In this document: positions 47,685-55,836 of the stretch, piece after piece
Position numbering within the stretch: position 1 is the stretch's first letter
How the letters are laid out: each line of letters opens with the position of its first letter
Assembly (NCBI GenBank): GCA_003427395.1
Contig: BFEA01000033.1
Span: 4,785,719-4,841,554 of the forward strand
Length of the DNA stretch: 55,836 nucleotides
Source: Chara braunii
Lineage: Eukaryota > Plantae > Charophyceae
Direction of reading: 5' to 3'
Translations under genes and position numbers: made by a program
Notes under the pieces: generated by a model
The model's database searches: none
What the model saw: the letters and a program-made list of their open reading frames with translations, nothing else
What the model was told of the DNA's origin: nothing

Positions 47685-49491
47685 GGCCCCTGCGCAAGGA
47701 TGACACGCATAAATCGAGAAAACTGACTTAGTTGTTTGTGGTTGTTCCCTAGCTGCCACGGCCTCGTGGTTGGGGACTTGATTAATTCTCAACTCTTGCT
47801 CGGGCTCGTGGTAGAATAATCGTCCGGCTCATTAACACTCGCTTGTTCGCCTCCTTTTTCTTGGGGCGGCGAACGTATGTTTTAACACCCCCGACCGTAT
47901 GATCGGGTGCATCTAAGAATCCAAACCACCGTCGGACTCCAGGCCCGCTGACCTACTACTCCCAATTATATATTTAGTGTGTCGTTGGTTCATCCTGTTC
48001 GGCAGAGCTTGAGGTTGACCCAGCTGATTGGGCATGGAAGCTGGCAAACACTGTGGCGGAGGGGGGGCGGTGGAGTGAAGGATTAAACTTAGTCTACCAG
48101 TACACACCATGCATCGGCCGTGGGCCCCTTTCGAGGCCAAAACACGATGCTGGCCACCACTGTTTTTTATCGACGGCATGCCTGGCCCAAACTTTTCAGA
48201 CTGGGCGACGAGCTTCTTTTAGCAAGGATGTGGCGGTGCACTTAACATCCTGAACTATTCTAGAAGACTGGGTTATAGGCTACGACGAAGGTCTGCAAAC
48301 ATGCATGACACATTGCCCCAGCGGTGGGAGAGGAACATGCCCGGGGGACTGGGGGGTCTTCCGGAAATACCCTGGAAAGCTGTGGTGGCAATCCGCAACA
48401 CCAAGATGAGAAGTATGCAATGGATCATAAGTGAGTCATAACATACCGCGCCCTCCCGGTTAACGACTGGCCGAACAGGCGAAGGGCGCGAATTAATGGC
48501 CTTGCTCCTGACGGCAACTGCACGATCTGCAACAGAGGGTCAGTGGAGGACATCGTCCATTGCTTGCTGCAGTGGCCAAAGGCTGAGCAGCTTTGGCGCA
48601 AAACCAGAGAGTTTTGGAATGCTGTCACCAGCGAGGTGGTAGCTCAGAACACCCTACCCTGGTGACGGTGTCACAGGCTTCGTGGAACCCAAGGGGTTGG
48701 AAAAATGGGAGTTGAAGCTGTACAGGAGACTACCGCCATTGGCGCTATGGTCAGTGTGGAAAAGGTGGAAGGGGACGATAGAAGCACAACAAACTCCCCT
48801 CGAGAAAGCCTGGGAAGGCCGCAAGCAAGTATTACTAATAGAGTACCATACGGACTGGCACAAGACCAGGAACCAAATCAAGATGGAGACAAGACATCAT
48901 TAACAAATTTGTGAAAGACACCCTGGGGGGCTGGGCAGTCAGAGAGCAACACGCTCAAGCTGGAATGAAGGTTCGGCACAGGCGTGGGAGGGAGCACGAA
49001 CCGAACAGGGGAGGCCTTCTCGGAGTGCAGCAAACCGATGATCTTGGGAGTTAGCATAGCATCGGACTGAATATCTCAGACTGCAGAGGTGTGGGCAAGA
49101 AGGTTCTGGAGACGAATAGGTTAGGCAGCAGGAAACGAAAGACTTGTTTTTGGAATGTTTGGAGGGGCCCTGATCCAAAGCGCCCCCTGAGGGTTTAGGG
49201 TTTTAGCTGGCAATCCGCCCCGACTGGAAGAGGTTTTGTGTGTGAGGGAGATGGTAGCAACACGTGACACAGAAATGCAAAACAGGTGGACGGGACAGGG
49301 AACAATGGGCCTGTACCACTAGGCGAACTTAGGCAGGGGTGAGGGGAGGTACATCCTTCCGGATTGGAAGTAATCAATGCGGCCCACTCCAGTCTCTCTG
49401 CCATAAAAGGAGAGAAGCATTATTGGTGCGCTCACTCAGGTCGCTCTCGTGCCCATCGCTCCCACTCTTCTGGTATTGCCAGACACAGAGC

Positions 49492-49579
<88 letters not shown>

Positions 49580-49707
49580 CCCTTCCCTCCTGTGCATTCT
49601 GTATTCTGACTTGCCAGTGGAACAGGTTCGAGATTCCCCAGAATGGAAAGGAGCCAGAGCCGGCAACGTTCGGTGTTGTTATGTTTGAAAAAAAAAAAAA
49701 AAAAAAA
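46681..49707 (+). mobile_element. Degenerate L1-like LINE 3' half with nested insertions
   Basis: TQTEALQSKWVFKLL, QPLFCNQWL, zf-RVT-like YRALPVND...CTICNRGSVEDIVHCLLQWP at about 48445-48580. Tail motifs at 49347-49390 and 49609-49661; poly(A) at 49688-49707. Confidence 0.7.
47635..47721 (+). pseudogene. U6: U6 snRNA 3'-truncated retrocopy with perfect 15-bp TSD
   Basis: Canonical-looking U6 from GTCCTTCGGG to ATCGAGAAA; GAAAACTGACTTAGT at 47620-47634 and 47718-47732. Confidence 0.93.
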
Positions 49708-49732
49708 GGCCTTTCTGAGATTCAAGAACATG

Positions 49733-50196
49733 AAACCCGGACGTAGGAAGGGTAGAACGATATGGACAGAATGGTAGACAAACTGACGACGTAGGGATAG
49801 TAGGCAGGGGAAACACATGGGCTAGGTAACCATGGCAGGAAGGGTGAATGAGTGATATGTGGCCTGAGGGGCTGCTAGGACCACCCCCCCCGCACCCCCC
49901 CCTCCTCGTGCCTTGTCCTCTTGGGGATTACCCTGCAGTGTGCGTGGGTGCTGCTAGCAAGCTTCCCGACTTGCAGAACAATCCCCGAGGAAAGACCAAA
50001 GGGCGGGAGTGGGTTGAGCCGAAGCAACCACCCCCGTGTATAGGCGGCTCGAGCCACAAGGATAGGCTGACTTTCTTTTCTGTCTAATATCCCCCGACGC
50101 TTGCTCCAAAAAACACATGCTTGCTGGTGATAAGCAACTGGACTGATGCCCTCCAGAACAGAAGGGGGCTGCGTTGTGTTTGGGAAAAAAAAAAAA
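49733..50196 (+). mobile_element. 5'-truncated non-LTR insertion with 16-bp TSD and poly(A)
   Basis: GAGATTCAAGAACATG at 49717-49732 and 50197-50212; tail-module variant GGACTGATGCCCTCCAGAACAGAAGGGGGC. Confidence 0.8.
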
Positions 50197-50444
50197 GAGA
50201 TTCAAGAACATGGGATTGGTGATCCATTTTCAGAGAGGCTGGTCATGAGGATTGCATTTTCGCCAATACCTTCCCCGGGTACCACGTGAATGGGCCAGTT
50301 ATTGTCGTGCTACAGAAAGGCTTGCCCTACTGGACAAGAAGGCTGGCGCACCCGGATTGGCCATTGACTCCGAAGGTTGCAAGTCCTGGCGCAGGCAAAT
50401 AATTGTGCTCTGTGAAAAACTGGCTCCAAGGTACTGTGGTTTAA

Positions 50445-50630
50445 ACCACGAGTACACCTGGGCCTGGAGGCGCTGGTCGCACTGCGCACAAAGCTTTTCT
50501 GAACCGCCATCGGCACCGTGTTTTCTGGTTTGGCAGGCGCCGCCAGGCATTGTGGTCCAGTAGGCCCGAGCTGCAAAATGTTCGAAGTAGGCAACAAATT
50601 TCTGCAGGGCAGGGGCCGTGTACCGGTGGT
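50445..50630. mobile_element. TTAA-flanked MITE (186 bp)
   Basis: TTAA-ACCACGAGTACAC ... GTGTACCGGTGGT-TTAA. Same terminus at 14161, 23767, 27060, 50440 and 54310. Confidence 0.7.
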
Positions 50631-50899
50631 TTAAATTTCATTCCGGAGAGGCAAGGAGGGTGATGAGCAGGCAGTCCCCGCCGCCACAAACACTTTGCAT
50701 ACTCTGTGTTATGTAATGCAGGGTGTGAGGTGCTCATTGTCTTTTCTTTAAATTCATTCTTGTGCCAGGAATATGAGTGTGAACGATATACAGAAAACCA
50801 AGTTGCGAAATCACACAGATGTCCAGGTAGTCGTGTCCAAGCAGAGAGTACAAATGCACCGAGAAAACCATCCATATAGAGCAATACAATGAAGTGATG

Positions 50900-51853
50900 A
50901 GTCAATGTCCAAGCCCGTAGGCCACACCAACACAGTATCCAAAGTCGCTCCTCTCTGTCTGGCGCTCAGCGCCCAACCTACACTGCCCGACTATCCTACC
51001 TACAGCTGGTTCACGCAACAGGCTCACTTCGACTCTCGAAGACCAATGTACATGACTGTCAACTCCATAGCCGACCTCTCATTATGCACCAGGTACGTAT
51101 CTCGTCGCCCTCAATCAGACCTTGATTACCCCATACAGCGCCTCCTTCCCTGAAGACCACTAGATCACCCGCTGTACCCCCTGGCGCCCAGCAGCCCGGC
51201 TATGGCCGCCTGCGCCCCGCTGCCCTGCAGCGCCCCTCCTCACCTCTACGCGGCCCGTCAGCGCCTTTGGCAGCAGTGCAGCATCAAGCGAGAGCGCAGC
51301 AGCACTTCCGCATTGCCAGCACTGGCCAGAATGCCTGGCCTGGGCTGCCTCACTCCTTTTGTGGAAGTGGCAGCCTCCTGGATGCTGCGTGTGGCCTGGC
51401 TGGAAGCTTCCAGTAGCTTCCGGTTGGGTCTCAGACCCTGCGCCAGGCCCGAAACTACAGTTGAGGGCCTGGGCCCTTTGCAGTTAGGCACGGCCTGAGT
51501 CTCCGGACTTGGGCTGTTTGCTGTATCTGTGCAGGGCTCCCAGGCAGGTGCGTCGGCACTACTACTTTTGCAACGGCCGATGGCCTGCTGCCCAATGTAT
51601 CGGCCCTGCTTTGTGTATGTGTGCCCAGGTGCAACTGTCAAGGCCTGGGACAACTGTATGACGCAGCAATGTGAGGCTCACGCGTCTACCCAACCAACTG
51701 GCGTGCTGCGAGAGCCTGAATACCCACATATGGAAATGTCGAATTTTGCCTTTGACGAATATTCAGGCCCGCCTTCACTTAGGGCGGGAACTTGGCTTGC
51801 TGGGGGCCTTAGCCCAGAACAATTTGATGTCTGATAGGGCCCCTTGAGGGCTT
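50900..51853 (-). repeat. Unclassified ~1 kb dispersed repeat, copy 3
   Basis: GAATATTCAGGCCCGCCTTCACTTAGGGC is the reverse complement of the 12441-12469 core. Confidence 0.7.
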
Positions 51854-51940
51854 GTTCCTCACACTCGTTTTGTATTTGAAAAAAAAAAAAAGGTGACGGC
51901 CTTGAGAAGTTGAGACACATCGTCATTCATCTGGTTGCAT

Positions 51941-52194
51941 CTGGATTCCAACTCAGGTCTGTATTTCAACAGTTCAGCGGTGTACCAACTGCACTAGGCC
52001 CGTTGGTATATTCCATTCTTTTTTTTTTTTGGGGGGGGGGGTTGCAGCATTGAGAGATCATCATTGAACTGAGCGGCCCCAGGTAATTCAGAATTATTTT
52101 ATTCTGGTCATCTGATTGTATTTGGATTCGAACTTGGGTCTGATTCATATTTCAACAGTTCGTAGGTGTACCAACTGAGCTAGGCCCATTGGTA
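51941..52194 (-). mobile_element. Two duplicated degenerate tRNA-like heads
   Basis: Minus strand GGGCCTAGCTCAGTTGGTAC...AAGTTCGAATCC (52122-52194) and a paralog at 51941-52008. Confidence 0.5.
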
Positions 52195-53574
52195 GTATAT
52201 CCCAGTCTTTTTTTTTTTAAATTAAAGGGCCCAGTGCCCAAGGCTGATATTACCAATAAGAAAATTGAGGCCAGGTTCCTCACAGTCTACCCGGAGTGAC
52301 CGAACCGAACTTGCTGAGAACCGGGCTCAGCGTGCCTCATATGATGGTGATGATGATAATGATGATGGTGATGATGATGAAGATGAAGATGATTATGATG
52401 AACTCCTGCTGTTTCTATGTGAAATATGAGATTTAATGATGATGATGCTTAGGATGATGATGATTAGTGTATATAGAAAATATAGAAGACAGTGCTATAT
52501 CAGCAATTCTGGCCTCCTAATTCCAGAACAACTCCTAGCCCTCCCTGTACCAGGACATTGCATCTCAGAGACAGTACCAACCTAACCAATGTCAACCATA
52601 GCCGACCTCTTCTCGCCACCTAGACTATCCCCGGCCCCAAAGGTTGTCAAGGCAGCCCCCCCCAGTTCGCCACTGGATTGCCTTCCTCCCTCAGCAAACC
52701 CCAGATCTCTCTATATCCCAGTCTTGTTTGGTGGTGCCCTAAAGGTGCTGTTCGCTGTATTAAAAAAAATCTGTGCTGTATCTTTGTGAAGCTGGGTTTG
52801 GAGATGAAGGAATGTCCTCTACTTAACGAAAAAGTCGGAAAAACTCAATTTTCTACCGACGATGGTGGCAGTTTGGGAAATTTAGGCGAGGCCAAAATCT
52901 TGCGTGGAAAAAAAGAGGCTTAGAGGTACTGATGGTGCCAGAACGGTCGTGTAAGAGTCAGTAAGACACGTGTTCGAGCACCGTGCACAGAGCACACAGA
53001 TAGAAACGGGATCCGTCAGCTAGATCCTTCCCATCTACAGACTAAACCACTCGTTCAACAGCGCAATGATTGTTAGTTCACAAGTCGATCACAAATACCC
53101 CGTGTGTCCGACTCCATTCATCAATCACACCTCATTCATTCGTCCCCGACATCGACCCAAACACCCTTATAGACATTCACGACGACTCCACACACTGCCC
53201 GACTCCATAACAGACTTCACACCGGAAGACGACCTCGCACAGGTAATCGAAAAACTCAGATAAAGAAAAACTCTGATAAATCTCTTTCGAAGTACTCACT
53301 AGATATGTCGGTGAAGCACAGAAATGAAGGCCGAAGCAGCGTATTGCTCTCACATCCTGGCATTAACAACCAATGATGGTGGTTGGCATTGACTGAGCAG
53401 AGAGGCAAGGAGGATGATGAGTGGGAACTCCCTGCAGTCACACAAACACTTCATATCATGTGTGATGTGTAATACCTTGCATGAAGTGTCTACTGCCATT
53501 TAAAACCTTTTTTTTTTTCCTTCCTTTTCCTCCCATTAAAAAAATCTTTTTTTTTGTTTTTTGTTTTTTTTGTG

Positions 53575-53617
53575 GTCATCATTGTGCAGGGTTCTGTATC
53601 GTTCCAATTTTAACGGA
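53575..53617 (-). pseudogene. U6: U6 snRNA fragment with internal deletion
   Basis: TCTGTATCGTTCCAATTTTAACGGA is a 25-nt exact reverse complement of the U6 copies; preceded by GTCATCATTGTGCAGGG. Confidence 0.7.
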
Positions 53618-54769
53618 CCACTTCCATTTGAAAACTACATAGCTACTTTTTGTGAAATTTGCTCTTGTGTTTGGTGACACCCTAAGGGTATTGGAGCCGT
53701 TTGAAGCTGAAGGAATGCCCTCTTAACTAAAAAAAAAAAAAAAGCCTAGTATGGTGAGGTAGTTCTCCCCCCTTTCCCTATCTTTGGGATGGTTGTTCCT
53801 CTTTTTACAGTATGTCTTGGGGCCATGCACTCCTTGGCTATGACTGCGTTGGTGGCACGTGGCACTTGGTGCTCTGTTCATCATAAGAAGAAAGCATGAA
53901 CCTGGCCGGTAATACTGCCAGGTTCAGGCTTTCCAAGCATGAACATAGTACCAGTGGGGCCGGCCCCTTTAGTCTGGGCAAGCTCGTGCGGATTGTGTCT
54001 TCGTTTCGGATTTTGAGATAGGGAGGACAACTACACCCACAACTTTCTGAAGATCGTGTCTTCGTTTCAGATTTTGAGATAGGGTGCACAACTGCACCCA
54101 CAATCTTAGAAATAACTACTGGTAGGGAGAAAACGATTACAAGTTCCCCAGTTAATCGAGGTGCATTCTGCCTCAGCGACCAGTGTGGACCAACCCTCAC
54201 ACACACATGCAGAGTCACGGCTGCTTAGGACGCTTGTTGACTTGGCCTTCATAGGCGTCCATTGGGGTCATGTGAAGTATCACATTTGTGGCCATCGTTT
54301 GAAGCTTAAACCACCAGTACCTCCAAAAGTAATGGTGCATTACCAGCCGCGACAATGATGACCGAACGGGCCACTGCGGAAGCACCCAAATTCATCCGAC
54401 TAGATAGTAGAAATGCTTCTACGCTATTTTTTCCTGTGGCTTATGTATGGGCCAAGTTTTGATCAAGCGTCGGCTGCAGCGTGCTCCATCCCCTGGTGCT
54501 GCGACTTCCAAGTCGAACGCTTCGAGTGAGGTGGGTAGCTAGCTAGTGATCATGGCAGATTTGCAATCAGCTGCAGGCCATCCAGCGATATATGGGATGA
54601 TGTTGATGGTGAAGGAATGCCTTTTACTTCCAGGAAGTTTTCTGCCAAGGATGTTGAGGAAGTGCACCCTCTCTCCTTCCCATATTTGTGGGATGCTTGT
54701 TTCTTTTTCTGCATTCTTTTTTTTTAATTATATATACTTGTTTATTTAACTACGCCTTTTTAAGTATTT

Positions 54770-54899
54770 ATTATTATTATTATGAAAAGCCCTTTTGCAA
54801 GCCCTCTATCCCAGTTGCGCCGGAATTGAGGCCTTGTCTGTCGGGCTGCTCCATCTATCGGTTAGGAGCGACACCTGCGGGAAACCGGGTCCAGCATCC
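54770..54899 (-). mobile_element. Non-LTR 3'-tail module with terminal hairpin and (TAA)n tail
   Basis: Module at 54848-54899; hairpin at 54788-54847. Confidence 0.6.
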
Positions 54900-55092
54900 T
54901 GTAGATACATCATTACGGCACAGTGTATTCAGTTCGATCGGATCCTGGGGCTGTGGCCTTTTCTTTGTCTATCTTTGAGCTCCCTCTTTACCGTGGGGCT
55001 ATACGTGTCACCCTTCCCTACACTTATAGAAATCGCTATTCGGTACGTGAGATTTGGTCGATCGGGCCGTCCGCGGTCCACCGGCCGACGGT

Positions 55093-55210
55093 CCAGATTT
55101 CCGCGCAATCTTAAGACTTTAAAATCGCACGGCGATCCAGACCGTCCACTTTGTCGGGTGGCCTGGATCGTCGCGCGATCTTAAAGTCTTAAGATGGCGC
55201 GAAAATCCGG
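55093..55210. repeat. Long palindrome (~50-bp arms)
   Basis: CGCGCAATCTTAAGACTTTAAAATCGCACGGCGATCCAG / CTGGATCGTCGCGCGATCTTAAAGTCTTAAGATGGCGCG. Confidence 0.8.
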
Positions 55211-55309
55211 GCGGCCCACAGCCCGGATCGGCGCTCCCGTTGGAAATTGGGCCTGTTGCAGGGTGGCACTTTCCTTGCATTGAATTCCAACGGGCCCTCT
55301 CGCCTGCCC

Positions 55310-55795
55310 ACCTAGACTCCGCCACTGGCTCCCGCCTTCCGCCGCCCCCCACCTCCCTTCCGCCTCCTCCAGCCATCTCCTCTCCGCCACCGCCCACCAT
55401 CTCCTCTCGGCCTTCGCCCACCATCTCCTCTCCGCCTCCGCCCACCTCTTCTCCGCCCTACACCCACCTCGCCTCCACCTCCGCCCACCTCTCGTCCGCC
55501 TCCTCTTGCCATCCCCTCTCCGCCTTTGCCCACCTCCCCTCTGCCTCCACCCACCTCTTCTCCACTCGGGGGCCACCTCGCCTCCGCCTCCGCCCGCCGG
55601 TCCCTTCCCCTCCGCCTCCCCCCACCCCTTGGGACTCCTCTGCCACTTCTCCCTCGACATTCCCCTGGCAGTTCTCCTTCGCTCCTGCCTCCACCTACAC
55701 TCACCTCCGGCCACCTCACATCCGGCTTTGCCGACCTCACCTCTGCCTCAACCCACCTCACCTCCACCTCCGCTCACCTCTGCCCTCCTCACCTA
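55310..55795. repeat. C/T-rich degenerate low-complexity repeat (CCACCTC/CCGCCTC)
   Basis: Directly visible. Confidence 0.8.
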
Positions 55796-55798
55796 CGG

Positions 55799-55836
<38 letters not shown>

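Overview
Repeat-rich eukaryotic nuclear DNA, most likely from a charophyte alga (Characeae, Chara-like). This is inferred from the 5S rRNA 5' end, the plant-type U6 and a streptophyte-type mitochondrial trnS-trnA-trnT fragment. One spliced host gene spans about 2.6-29.3 kb on +. It has five exons in matching phase and encodes a very long low-complexity N-terminus plus a C-terminal AAC4-like domain (EPNAGG..SE / SEME / KKVDY / GVSVTRAM / LHIWC). The rest is a mosaic of mobile and retroposed DNA. It includes a degenerate Ty3/Gypsy chromovirus-type LTR element (36.6-45.3 kb), several L1-like LINE relics, four kinds of MITE and tRNA-derived SINE heads. There is also an unusually dense set of small-RNA copies: six U6, one 5S, and a probable box C/D snoRNA retrocopy. 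One U6 copy is fused to a mitochondrial tRNA cluster. The most notable uncatalogued pattern is a covarying multi-hairpin RNA module just before poly(A) in about a dozen elements, including the 3' ends of three LINE ORF2 relics. Two Nextera mate-pair junction adapters and three N-gaps are assembly artefacts.
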